From contig JBBREF010000003.1 of NCBI GenBank assembly GCA_038203205.1, positions 10,621 through 74,620 on the forward strand: a stretch of DNA of 64,000 bases. The letters run 5' to 3'. How positions within the stretch are numbered: position 1 is the first letter of the stretch; each line of letters starts with the position of its first letter. A model generated the notes under the pieces. That model saw only the letters and a list, made by a program, of their open reading frames with translations. It was not told where the DNA came from and made no database searches. The DNA comes from Gemmatimonadales bacterium. Its GTDB lineage: Bacteria > Gemmatimonadota > Gemmatimonadetes > Gemmatimonadales > Gemmatimonadaceae. Both the position numbers and the translations under genes were made by a program. Shown piece after piece: positions 54,753-64,000 of the stretch.

Positions 54753-57700
54753 TCACGATGGCGGTTTCGGGAAACGACCGCTCGTCCACGGAACACCAGC
54801 CTGCTCGGCGCTCTGCTCGACTCCCTTTAGCTCGACATCGATTAGTTGTCTGACGTGCGCGAGAATCTCACCGAACCTCGACCTGACCAGATCGAGCTCT
54901 GCAACCTGCATCGGCGTCGGTCCCTCGAGCGTGCTGCTCCAGTTGCCGAGCGCGCCGCCGATGCGGTTGAGGAGCGATGGCGGCGTTGGCTCGTATCGGT
55001 TCGACATCGTCGGGTCTCCACCGAGCATCTCCTGCGCGTCCTTCAGTTTGTCAGTGAGAATTCGCACTCTGCTCTGAAGCGCGGCATCTGCCGTCGGGGT
55101 TTCGTCGACCGCGCGCTTGAACAATGTCATTCTGCCGAGTGCTTCCCTCACTACCTGATCGAGACCAAGCACTGCCCGCTGCAGTTCGGCATGACGTTGC
55201 TGATCTGCGAGCGTCGCCATCGTTCTCGAACCCGGTCCGTCGATGCCGACGACTTCAAAGCGCTGCGTTCCGCCGAGTTGCGTGAACGTCCCGTTCACAC
55301 GGGTGGCAAAGCTCACCTGATATGTGCCGGGCACTACGTAAGGCGCGGCGGGCCTGTCACCGAAAGGCCAATCGGGATCGGGCTCGTACTGGGGCCCGGT
55401 GACAGGATTAGGCGGCTGAAGCTTGAGATCCCACGCGACGCGGTTGATCCCGGCCTTGGACGGTGCGGTAAATCGTCGAATGGGCTTGCCATTACCGTCG
55501 CTGATCGTGACGACGATCGCTGGCTCTTCCTCGCGATCTTCCACCTTGAGCGAGTCCCATGGCGGATAGAACACATCCGCGCCCTTCTTCACAAGATCCT
55601 TCTCGGCAGCCAGGCGCGCCTCGCGACGACTCCTGAGCCCGCTCTTCATATAGTATGTGAAGACTGCGCCATACGGAGGATTGTCAGCCATGTAGTATCC
55701 CGCGCCCTGAAACGCCGGGCCGATTGCGTCAGGCAGGCCAATTGGACTCGATGGTACGTAGAGGGGAGCAGGACGCGTCGGGAAAAGAACGAAATTGCTG
55801 GCTAGCGCTGCGTCTGTCATCGTGCGCAGCGAGGAATAGTCATCGAGGATGTAGAAACCCCGCCCGAACGTCCCGAGCACGAGATCGTTCTCGCGCTTCT
55901 GAATTGCAAGATCGCGCACCTGAATCGTCGGCAAGCCTCCGTTCAGACGCAGCCACTTGCGACCACCGTCGCGCGTCACGAACAATCCCCACTCAGTTCC
56001 TGCGAAAAGGAGATTCCGGTCGACGTGATCTTCCGCCAGCGAGTACACGCTTCCCGCGGGAAGATTGCCGGTGACGGAGGTCCAGCTTCGCCCCATATCA
56101 GTCGACTTCATCACATATGGCTTGAAGTCTCCGGCCTGATGGTTGTTGAACGCCGCGTAGACGACATTCACGTCGTGCTGTGACGGCAGAATCTTGAACA
56201 CCGGCGCGGTATCGGGCACACCGGGCACACGGTCCACTGAACGCCACGTTGTCCCGGAATTCTCGCTGACGCTGATCTTGCCATCGTCTGTCCCCACGAA
56301 CAGCACACCTTCCTTTAAAGGGGATTCGGCGATCGTGAGGGCGATACCAAATAGGGTCGTCGAAACATTCTTGCCCAGCGCGCTCAGGCCGATCACACGG
56401 TCCATCGAACGAAGCCGGTTGCGATCAATGAGCCGGGAGAGGTCAGGGCTGATCACTTTCCAAGAATCGCCTCGATCGTCCGACACGAACAGCCGGTTCG
56501 AGGCGAAGTAGAGCCGTTTGTTATTGAACGGGCTGATGAACAGTGGAGAGTCCCATCCCCACCGCGGACCCGGCGTGCCGGGTTCTTCGGTTGGCTGAAT
56601 CCCCATTACATCGCCAGTCTTCAGATTGAACCGCGCGAGGTTTCCGAACTGCGATTGCGCGTAGACGATGTTCGGATCTGTTGGATCGACAACGCTGCCG
56701 AACCCGTCACCACCGGATGTAATGAACCAGTCAGCGTTGGTGATCCCACTGGTGTTACGGGTGCGCGATGGGCCGCCTACTGAAAAGTTGTCCTGTGACC
56801 CGCCGAACACACGATAGAACGGCTTTGAATCGTCTGTCGATACGCGGTAATACTGAGTGATGGGAAGATTCGCGGTGAAGCGATGAGTCTTTCCGTTGTC
56901 GAAAGATTCGTAGATCCCGCCGTCAGTTCCCACGATGTGGTGTGACGTCTCATCGGGGTCGATCCAGACCGAATGGTTGTCAACGTGTTTGTTGCGCTCG
57001 CCAACGCGACCGAATGTTTTCCCTCCATCCTGCGTTACCTGGAGGATCGGGTCGATCAGGTACACACGATCTACGTTCTTCGGGTCGGCGATGATTTCGT
57101 TGTAATAGTTACTGCCTGACTGGCGGCTGTTCATCTTCTCCCAGCTCGCCCCACCATCGCGCGAACGAAAGAATCCGCCTTTGCTGTCTGCAGCATCAGC
57201 CACAGCGTAGACGACACTGGGATTTGCCGGTGACATGGCGAGGCCGATGCGTCCGAGCTCGACATCGGGAAAACCGGATTGCGATTTGCTCCACGTCTTT
57301 CCGGCATCTGTCGAGCGCCACACGGCTGACCCCGGACCACCCGCGACGAATGTGAATACACGACGATGCCGCTGCCATGTTGTCGCGATCAGAAGATCAG
57401 GATTGCGTGGATCCATCTGCACATCGTTCACGCCTGTCCACTCATCGCCGCCGAGGATCTTGTTCCAGGTCTTGCCGCCATCGGTGGTTTTGTAGAGGCC
57501 GCGCTCGCCGCCCTTTCTCCAGAGAGGGCCGTGGGCAGCGACGTAGACGACGTCGGAGTTGCGCGGATCGATGAGCACCCGGCCGATGTGTTCGGATGTC
57601 TTGAGGCCCATGTTCGTCCAGCTGCGCCCGCCGTCGATCGATTTGTAGATCCCGTCCCCGTATGCGACTACGCGTTGTGCATTGTTCTCGCCGGTTCCGA

Positions 57701-58046
57701 CCCATATCACGTTCGGATTGGCCGGATCGATGTTCACCGTTCCAATCGAGAATGAGCCTTGGCCGTCGAAGATCGGGGAGAAGGAGATGCCGCCGTTCGT
57801 GGACTTCCACACACCACCGGCTGACACACCGACGTACCATGTTCGCTTGTCTGATGGATCGATCGCGATGTCGGAGATGCGGCCGGATGTGAGCGACGGC
57901 CCGATGGAGCGAAGCGCGAGGCCGGAGAGGAGCCCGGTCGTTAGTCCGGAGCTATCCGAAGCAACGGCGGCTACTCGATTGGCTTTCGATTGCGCGCCGG
58001 CGACGGAAGACGCGGTGAGAAGCAACGTGATTGCCAGGTTGCGCAT
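54753..58046 (-). CDS. VPS10/BNR (Asp-box) repeat glycosyl hydrolase-like protein
   Basis: Many S.DGG.TW Asp boxes; signal peptide; GRISDIA. Confidence 0.92.
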   Translation of the reverse strand: MRNLAITLLLTASSVAGAQSKANRVAAVASDSSGLTTGLLSGLALRSIGPSLTSGRISDIAIDPSDKRTWYVGVSAGGVWKSTNGGISFSPIFDGQGSFSIGTVNIDPANPNVIWVGTGENNAQRVVAYGDGIYKSIDGGRSWTNMGLKTSEHIGRVLIDPRNSDVVYVAAHGPLWRKGGERGLYKTTDGGKTWNKILGGDEWTGVNDVQMDPRNPDLLIATTWQRHRRVFTFVAGGPGSAVWRSTDAGKTWSKSQSGFPDVELGRIGLAMSPANPSVVYAVADAADSKGGFFRSRDGGASWEKMNSRQSGSNYYNEIIADPKNVDRVYLIDPILQVTQDGGKTFGRVGERNKHVDNHSVWIDPDETSHHIVGTDGGIYESFDNGKTHRFTANLPITQYYRVSTDDSKPFYRVFGGSQDNFSVGGPSRTRNTSGITNADWFITSGGDGFGSVVDPTDPNIVYAQSQFGNLARFNLKTGDVMGIQPTEEPGTPGPRWGWDSPLFISPFNNKRLYFASNRLFVSDDRGDSWKVISPDLSRLIDRNRLRSMDRVIGLSALGKNVSTTLFGIALTIAESPLKEGVLFVGTDDGKISVSENSGTTWRSVDRVPGVPDTAPVFKILPSQHDVNVVYAAFNNHQAGDFKPYVMKSTDMGRSWTSVTGNLPAGSVYSLAEDHVDRNLLFAGTEWGLFVTRDGGRKWLRLNGGLPTIQVRDLAIQKRENDLVLGTFGRGFYILDDYSSLRTMTDAALASNFVLFPTRPAPLYVPSSPIGLPDAIGPAFQGAGYYMADNPPYGAVFTYYMKSGLRSRREARLAAEKDLVKKGADVFYPPWDSLKVEDREEEPAIVVTISDGNGKPIRRFTAPSKAGINRVAWDLKLQPPNPVTGPQYEPDPDWPFGDRPAAPYVVPGTYQVSFATRVNGTFTQLGGTQRFEVVGIDGPGSRTMATLADQQRHAELQRAVLGLDQVVREALGRMTLFKRAVDETPTADAALQSRVRILTDKLKDAQEMLGGDPTMSNRYEPTPPSLLNRIGGALGNWSSTLEGPTPMQVAELDLVRSRFGEILAHVRQLIDVELKGVEQSAEQAGVPWTSGRFPKPPS

Positions 58047-58132
58047 GCTGATGGCGGTTGTGGGAAGGAACCTTGCGGGCGGGAAAATCTATGTCCAAAG
58101 CGGCTGGCGTCTACGAAGAATTGCCGTAGCCA

Positions 58133-59059
58133 TCAGAACACCGGTCCAGGCCGAGTTGGTACACACTGCAGATCGGCCCCGGCAAGTACCGGCCCCGTGT
58201 ACGACTTACGCACCTCTGCCACTGCCGCGTCGAGGTCGAATTGCCCGATGTGGCTGAGTATCAGCTGACGAGCGTTCGCATCCCGCGCAACCTGCCCGAC
58301 GACTGACGGAGATGCATGGAGCGGGTTTGTTTCACCAGCTCCTACCATGAGATGCAGAACCAGTATATCGGCTCCCTGCGCGAATGAGACAAAATGTGGA
58401 TTGGTACCCGTCTGGTCGCTCCCGAACACGACGGTCCCGTTCGGAGTCTGAACCCGATATGCGAGGCTTGGAACGTTTCCATGAGGCACACCCAGGGCGG
58501 TCACTCTCACCCCATCATGTTCGAGGACAAGGGAAGGCTTCACTTTCGAAGCGTCGAGTTGTGTCACGTTGAGGGGCACTCCCATCCCTGCACCACGCAG
58601 TGTCCCGCCGAGTACCTGGAAAGCACCTGTCTTTTCATCGAACAGGCGTTGCAGGAAGGTTTGAAAATCCGGCGTGACATCTCCGCCTGATGGGCCGGCG
58701 ATCGATAGCGGCTCCTTTCGAGCAAGGTTACTCAACCAGAGCAGTGCGGGCAGATCCGAGACGTGATCAGGGTGCAGATGGCTGATCGCCATGAGGGACA
58801 GATCCTCGAGACGACCACCTGCCTGGCCAAAGCGAAGAAACGTGCCGCCTCCAGCATCGACGAGAATTTTCCCCTTGCTCCCGAGCCACACGAGGTATCC
58901 TGTCGACGCGCGATTCGCGTTGATCCGGGGGCCACCCGACCCAAGCAGCTGGACCGCCATACCGCTCGTATCGCACGCTTGAGCCGAGGCGTTCGTCGCA
59001 ATCACGAAACCGGCGAGACACGACGCAATTAATCTGAAAGATCTGAATCGATTTCTCAT
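58133..59059 (-). CDS. Exported MBL-fold hydrolase (arylsulfatase/RNase Z-like)
   Basis: LLGSGGP, VDAGGG, SHLHPDH, HGNVP and LSH. Confidence 0.9.
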   Translation of the reverse strand: MRNRFRSFRLIASCLAGFVIATNASAQACDTSGMAVQLLGSGGPRINANRASTGYLVWLGSKGKILVDAGGGTFLRFGQAGGRLEDLSLMAISHLHPDHVSDLPALLWLSNLARKEPLSIAGPSGGDVTPDFQTFLQRLFDEKTGAFQVLGGTLRGAGMGVPLNVTQLDASKVKPSLVLEHDGVRVTALGVPHGNVPSLAYRVQTPNGTVVFGSDQTGTNPHFVSFAQGADILVLHLMVGAGETNPLHASPSVVGQVARDANARQLILSHIGQFDLDAAVAEVRKSYTGPVLAGADLQCVPTRPGPVF

Positions 59060-59263
59060 GTCATCTGTGCGGCGGCAATGTCATTTTGCTTCCTCGAGGA
59101 TTGTCAGGGTAGAACCCTGACAGACAACAAGTACTTGCATCGGCAATCTACGCTCAAAGTAGCGTGCGTCTATCAACGAACCGCATTGTGTTGGGCCAGC
59201 TTGTGGCGATTAGAAAAGCGCCGTAGCATCTGTATCCAAAGTGGAGGCACTTTGACACGCAGC

Positions 59264-60844
59264 ATGAGAGATTCCAGCGTAAGCATCGTTTTACAGGGAG
59301 TCTGGATGGTTGCCGGCCTGCTCGGCGCACCGGCAGTGCAAGCGCAGGCAACACCAGGCAATACGCAAACGTTCGATCTCGTCGTGCTAAACGGTCGCGT
59401 CATCGACCCTGAGACCGGCTTTGACGGGATCCGCTCGATCGGGATCAATCAGGGTCGCATCGAAGCGATCGCAGCATCCCTGCTTCGCGGACGAGATACA
59501 ATCGATGCGAAAGGGTTGGTCGTCGCGCCCGGGTTCATCGACCTGCACTCTCACGGTCAGGACTTGTCCGGCGCCAGGATGCAGGCATTCGACGGCGTGA
59601 CGACGGCGCTCGACCTCGAGTCCGGCACGCTACCGATCGCGGCGGCCTACGATCGCATCGGCCGCGAAGGACGTCCGATCAACTACGGGTTCTCCGCATC
59701 CTGGCTCTACTCGCGAATTGCCGAGAAGGAGAAAATGGAACCGACCGGAGCGATAACGTTCTTTCAGGAAGCGCAGCGGCGAAAAGGATGGCAGTTCACC
59801 CTCGCATCTGATGATGAAACAGCGCGCATTATAGCAAGGTTAGAGCGCGGGATCGACGAAGGCGCGCTCGGTATCGGGATCCTTGCCGGATATGCGCCGG
59901 GGTACGGACGCATGGAGGCCTTCGCTGTAGCACAGCTCGCTGCCCGCAGGAACGTTCCGACATTCACGCACGTGCGTTATCAGAGCATGATCGAGCCGCA
60001 ATCATCGTTCGAATCAATGTCTGAGATAGTGTCGCTCGCCGCAGGAACCGGTGCCCACATGCACATCAGTCACCTCAACAGTATGAGTCTGCGCGACATC
60101 CCGCGCATAGGTGACCTTCTGCGCAGTGCGCAACAGCGGGGCCTCCGGATTACGACCGAGGCATACCCATACGGTGCAGGCTCGACAGTCGTCGGAGCAG
60201 AGTTGTTTCGCGGCAACTGGCGCGACCGGCTTGGCGGGGGAGTGGCTGCCGATATCGAGGTAGGAGGAGTTGCACTCAACGATTCTACCTTGGCGGAGAT
60301 GCAGTCGAAGGCGCCTGGCACGTGGGTGATCGCGCATTTCATGCATCCAGGGCGCGATACCGCAGACCAGGACTATCTCGACCAGTCTGTACTTTTTCCT
60401 GGCGGTGCAATCGCATCCGATGCAATGCCATGGACGTTGAATGGGCAACCAGTCGGCGATGCATGGCCGCTACCCGACAGTGCTTTTGCTCATCCGCGCA
60501 GCGCAGGGACGTTCACTCGTTTTCTGCGCGACTACGTGCGTGAGCGGCAGAAGGTGACGCTGATCGATGGACTGCGCAGAATGACGCTGATTCCAGCCCA
60601 GATTCTCGAGGCAAGTGTTCCTCAGATGAAACAAAAGGGGCGAGTGCAGGTTGGAGCGGACGCAGATCTAGTCGTGATTGACCTCGCCACGGTGTCGGAA
60701 AGAGGGACGTACATCAGCCCCAACCGGACCGCAGTCGGCATGCAATACGTGATCGTGAATGGAACGCCGATCATCCGCAAAGGGGCCCTCATTCGGGATG
60801 CACTGCCGGGAAAAGCGATTCGTCGACAGGTGTCGGGGAATTGA
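59264..60844 (+). CDS. Amidohydrolase, D-aminoacylase/D-glutamate deacylase-like
   Basis: PGFIDLHSH, FTHVR, EAYPYGAG, ASDA, HPRSAGTF and GADAD; start may be TTG 59252. Confidence 0.9.
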   Translation: MRDSSVSIVLQGVWMVAGLLGAPAVQAQATPGNTQTFDLVVLNGRVIDPETGFDGIRSIGINQGRIEAIAASLLRGRDTIDAKGLVVAPGFIDLHSHGQDLSGARMQAFDGVTTALDLESGTLPIAAAYDRIGREGRPINYGFSASWLYSRIAEKEKMEPTGAITFFQEAQRRKGWQFTLASDDETARIIARLERGIDEGALGIGILAGYAPGYGRMEAFAVAQLAARRNVPTFTHVRYQSMIEPQSSFESMSEIVSLAAGTGAHMHISHLNSMSLRDIPRIGDLLRSAQQRGLRITTEAYPYGAGSTVVGAELFRGNWRDRLGGGVAADIEVGGVALNDSTLAEMQSKAPGTWVIAHFMHPGRDTADQDYLDQSVLFPGGAIASDAMPWTLNGQPVGDAWPLPDSAFAHPRSAGTFTRFLRDYVRERQKVTLIDGLRRMTLIPAQILEASVPQMKQKGRVQVGADADLVVIDLATVSERGTYISPNRTAVGMQYVIVNGTPIIRKGALIRDALPGKAIRRQVSGN

Positions 60845-60888
60845 GCAACCTGCCGCACTCCCCCTTTTTTTGCGGTTCCGAAGGCCGC

Positions 60889-63800
60889 CTAAGGTTTCCG
60901 CGACGCACCTTCCCGCCGCGCCAGCGCCTTGTAATACTCCTCGACCATCTTCCGGTACTCCGGAGGCACATCAGATGTCCCGCCAAGCAGCGGCCGGTCA
61001 GTCAGGTCACCTTCCATGGCGCGGCGCAGCGCGAACTCGAACGTCTTGAAACCCTCGACCACTCCGCCCTGAAGCCGCTGAAGTTCTTCGGTGTCGCTGT
61101 AGACACGAGCGGACTCCAACGCTCGGAGCTGCGCAATCATTCGATCGAGTTGCGCCACATCCACGCCCTCGCGCGAAAGCTCTCGCCGCAGGGCCTCGGC
61201 ATCCGCGCGCCGCTCACGATACTCTCTCGAGAACTGCCGGATCTGCTCCGGTGTCAAACTCCCCGCCCCGCCGGCTCGAGCGCCTTGACCCCCGCCTGAA
61301 GTCGGACTGCTTCCTTGACGGCCGACGCCACCCTGCTGTCCCTGACCCTGCTGTCCCTGACCCTGGTGTCCCTGACCCTGCTGTCCCTGACCCTGCTGAC
61401 TCTGACCCTGCTGACTCTGACCTTGTTGTCCCTGCGGCTGGCCTTGCTGAGATCGATCACCTGAACCGCCTCGTTCGCCTTCAGCATTCCTCGCTCTCTC
61501 CTCGAGCGATTGCAATCCACGCGCGATATCCCGCGCTTTATCCAGCGACCGGCCGGCGCGCTGCTCACCCGGCTCACGCACAGCGCCCGCGGCTTCCTGA
61601 ATCCGCCGCTTCATGTCGTCGACAGAGGTGCCGATCTGACCCTCGAGATTGCGCGCGTATTCCGGCGACCCACCCTGCATCACGCCCTTGGAGAAAAGAA
61701 TACGCTCACGCAGACGCGTATCACGAATCGCGTTTGCCGCCTCCTGCATTTTGCGCGATGCATCCCGCTGCTCACGCCGCGCCTCCGCCGACATGCGATC
61801 GAGACGCCCCTCTATGTCGGCAACCTCGTTCGCCATCGCGTCCTTCCGCTGTGCGAGACGCGTCGACGCCCCAAGCTCGCGGCTACCCCCGGCACGCAAC
61901 TCCTCGACATCCCGCGCGACATCCCGCTGCTCCTCAGCCAGCCGCTCAGCTCGCTGGACCAGATCGCGCGCATCGCGCTCGAGCCTCGACGTGCGCCCAT
62001 TATCCAGTCGCCGCCGCGTTTCCTCGAGGCGACGCAGCGCGGCCGCAGCCTCGGCCGTCGATTGATCACCCTGTCCGGTTGCAGAGCGGCGCATCGCGTT
62101 CGCCGCATCGCGCAGCTGTCGCGCGGCGTCGCCAAGCGACTGCGATGATTGCTCACGAGAGAGACGCTCGAGCTGACGCGCGAGTTCCTCGGTCTCCTGC
62201 GCGAGCTGGCGTTGAGAGCCGCCACCTGTGCCGGAGCGCGACGACTGCTCAGCCCGTGCGCGCATGCGCTCGGCTTCCTGTTGCTGACGCGCGGCGAGCT
62301 GGCGCAGACGCTCGAGCGTTTCATCGACGCTTCGATCTGCCTGCTCACGCTCGCCACGTTCAACCTGCTCGTACTGATTGCGCAGCTTGTCGTTCTCGAG
62401 CTCGAACAGGTCGGCAAGATCTTCCGCGTTGGGTTGCGCACCACCTCCACCCCCACCCTGTTGATTCTCGAAGCTGACCTGCACCTCGCGATACGCCGCT
62501 TCAGCACGCTGAAGGTGCTGCAGCGCTTTCTGCTCGGGCGGGAGTGCATCGTTCGCGGCACTCCGGGCCAGCCGTTCCTCCGCCCCTCTCATCGCCGCAA
62601 CGGCCTGCGCCAACTCGGCCGCGATCTGCGCCATCGTCGAGTCCGCGCTCATGACGCCGCGTTGCCTGAGTCTCTGCTCGAGCGTCTGCGCCTGCTCGCG
62701 GAGGCGACCCTGCGCGAGCAGAATCGTCGAGATGTTCTCCCGCGTCACTTTATCCGATGTCGATGCGCGGTCACGCACGACCTTGAATGTTGCAGCAACG
62801 ATGTCACGCTGCTGCTGCGAGAGCGCTCCCGGTGAAGCGTCACCTCGCGCCCCGCCTCCGCCGCCGGCCTGTTCTGACTGGCGATACTCGCGATTGAATG
62901 GTCGAATCTCGAGAAAGTAGATGTCCGTCGTCGCGGTCTTACCACCGGCTCGATCTGCGTCACTCGCGCGCGCGAAATACGAGATGAGATCTCCCGGCTT
63001 GAGTGTCATCTCCTCCAGGTAGAGCGTGTGTCCGGCCGAGATATCCTTGAGTCCGCGCCCTTCATGAAGTGGTACCTTCTTTTCCTCGCCACCGTTTACC
63101 GAATACACGAGCTCCAATCGCTGCACGCCAAAGTCATCTTCCGCGCGCGCCTCGATGAATACTTCTTCGAGCGAGGAGACCTTGGTGTCCCGACCAGGCT
63201 TGGTGATCGACACAGATGGCGCGCCATCGGCGAGCATATCGATCGCGTAGTCGAGTGAAGCCGGTACGTATCGTCCCGCGGCATCAGCGAGCTCTACCTT
63301 ATAGAAGCCACTCCGCGACACAGTGATCTCGCCCTGGAGCCGCCCGCTGTCGGCGACCGTGAGCGGAATTGTGTCCTTGCCGTCGAGGACGAGACGGCCA
63401 GCCGTTGCCTCGATCGTCGACGTGACAGCTACCATCACCCGCGTCCCGCGGATCGCTGCAATATCGCCACCGTCCGAAACGCGCTGCGGCGACAGCCGCG
63501 TGTATTCCGGATACCGATACTCGAGGTCGATCTGTTTGACGAACGGAAGATCGGCGACAGCAATGCGGAACACCCGTGACCGCACAGGACCTGCCTCGAC
63601 GTAATACTCAGACTGGTGGTCCAGATCGAGAAGGCGAATGGTGAAATGGGCGGAATCAGCACCGCGCGGCATTACAATGCGCTCGGGATCTCCAGTGCCA
63701 CGGGTGGCGACCAGCGTAACCTCTTCGGCCGCGAAGCCACCAAGTCGCGCAACCACCTCGAGATCGCCACCCCGCGGGATCGTCGTATCTCCTGGGGCAA

Positions 63801-64000
63801 CATCGACTGTGTATCGCACGGCAGCTTCCGCGGAACCCCAGGGTATGAACAGGGCGCGCGCACCATTGCGGATGAAGTCTGGTCCGGTGAGGATCACCGC
63901 GAGGACGCCTATCACGAGCCCTCCGAGGATTGCCGAGCCGCGTTGGAGCTCGCGACGTTCCACGCGACGGCCGCCCTCCACTTTGCGAAGGCGAGCCAAG
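60889..64000 (-). CDS. DUF4175-like large membrane-anchored coiled-coil protein (5' end outside window)
   Basis: TM segment, Ig-like domains (YPEYT, A.DDFGV), long Q/R/E coiled coils, C-terminal VPPEYRKMVEEYYKALA. Confidence 0.85.
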   Translation of the reverse strand, partial: LARLRKVEGGRRVERRELQRGSAILGGLVIGVLAVILTGPDFIRNGARALFIPWGSAEAAVRYTVDVAPGDTTIPRGGDLEVVARLGGFAAEEVTLVATRGTGDPERIVMPRGADSAHFTIRLLDLDHQSEYYVEAGPVRSRVFRIAVADLPFVKQIDLEYRYPEYTRLSPQRVSDGGDIAAIRGTRVMVAVTSTIEATAGRLVLDGKDTIPLTVADSGRLQGEITVSRSGFYKVELADAAGRYVPASLDYAIDMLADGAPSVSITKPGRDTKVSSLEEVFIEARAEDDFGVQRLELVYSVNGGEEKKVPLHEGRGLKDISAGHTLYLEEMTLKPGDLISYFARASDADRAGGKTATTDIYFLEIRPFNREYRQSEQAGGGGGARGDASPGALSQQQRDIVAATFKVVRDRASTSDKVTRENISTILLAQGRLREQAQTLEQRLRQRGVMSADSTMAQIAAELAQAVAAMRGAEERLARSAANDALPPEQKALQHLQRAEAAYREVQVSFENQQGGGGGGAQPNAEDLADLFELENDKLRNQYEQVERGEREQADRSVDETLERLRQLAARQQQEAERMRARAEQSSRSGTGGGSQRQLAQETEELARQLERLSREQSSQSLGDAARQLRDAANAMRRSATGQGDQSTAEAAAALRRLEETRRRLDNGRTSRLERDARDLVQRAERLAEEQRDVARDVEELRAGGSRELGASTRLAQRKDAMANEVADIEGRLDRMSAEARREQRDASRKMQEAANAIRDTRLRERILFSKGVMQGGSPEYARNLEGQIGTSVDDMKRRIQEAAGAVREPGEQRAGRSLDKARDIARGLQSLEERARNAEGERGGSGDRSQQGQPQGQQGQSQQGQSQQGQGQQGQGHQGQGQQGQGQQGGVGRQGSSPTSGGGQGARAGGAGSLTPEQIRQFSREYRERRADAEALRRELSREGVDVAQLDRMIAQLRALESARVYSDTEELQRLQGGVVEGFKTFEFALRRAMEGDLTDRPLLGGTSDVPPEYRKMVEEYYKALARREGASRKP
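61331..61435. repeat. Intragenic 15-bp tandem repeat, 7 copies, encoding QGQ(G/S)Q-type units
   Basis: Unit CCCTGCTGTCCCTGA with 1-3 nt variants. Confidence 0.9.

Noticed and set aside
61331-61435. Possible CRISPR array
   Set aside because: Contiguous 15-bp units with no spacers, inside a CDS, and no cas genes.
61251-62835. Long plus-strand ORFs (408 aa with PDPAV repeats and others)
   Set aside because: Antisense to the DUF4175-like gene; the repeats mirror the QG tract.
1-64000. Integron cassette array, prophage or IS
   Set aside because: Mixed gene orientation, no repeated RYYYAAC...GTTRRRY attC sites seen, and no integrase, transposase or phage genes recognised.

Overview
GC-rich bacterial chromosomal window. 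Gemmatimonadota-like origin is inferred from gene content (Oar-type and other TonB receptors, VPS10/BNR hydrolase, PD40-amidohydrolase, DUF4953-type metalloprotease, ECF43/STK pair). It is a patchwork of about 45 mostly stand-alone accessory genes, mainly on the minus strand, rich in exported hydrolases: four beta-lactamase-fold serine hydrolases, three amidohydrolases, M32/M23/Zn peptidases, GGT and two MBL-fold enzymes. It also holds an ECF sigma-Ser/Thr kinase pair, an Xre-RES toxin-antitoxin module, trmL and an internally deleted M28 peptidase pseudogene. I saw no rRNA, tRNA, CRISPR array, transposase or integrase. Main signals: (1) an 18/19 match to the actinobacterial rifamycin-associated element (RAE) 43 nt upstream of a Rox-like FAD monooxygenase, in an apparently non-actinobacterial genome; (2) a dispersed AT-rich palindrome ATTAGTA-N9-TACTAAT in three intergenic regions, one copy overlapping a dif-like XerC/XerD site; (3) a GNAT-formyltransferase fusion, an orphan PD-(D/E)xK-like protein, a tandem Tudor-like membrane protein and unannotated small ORFs. 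Family assignments come from motif recognition only; no database search was run.
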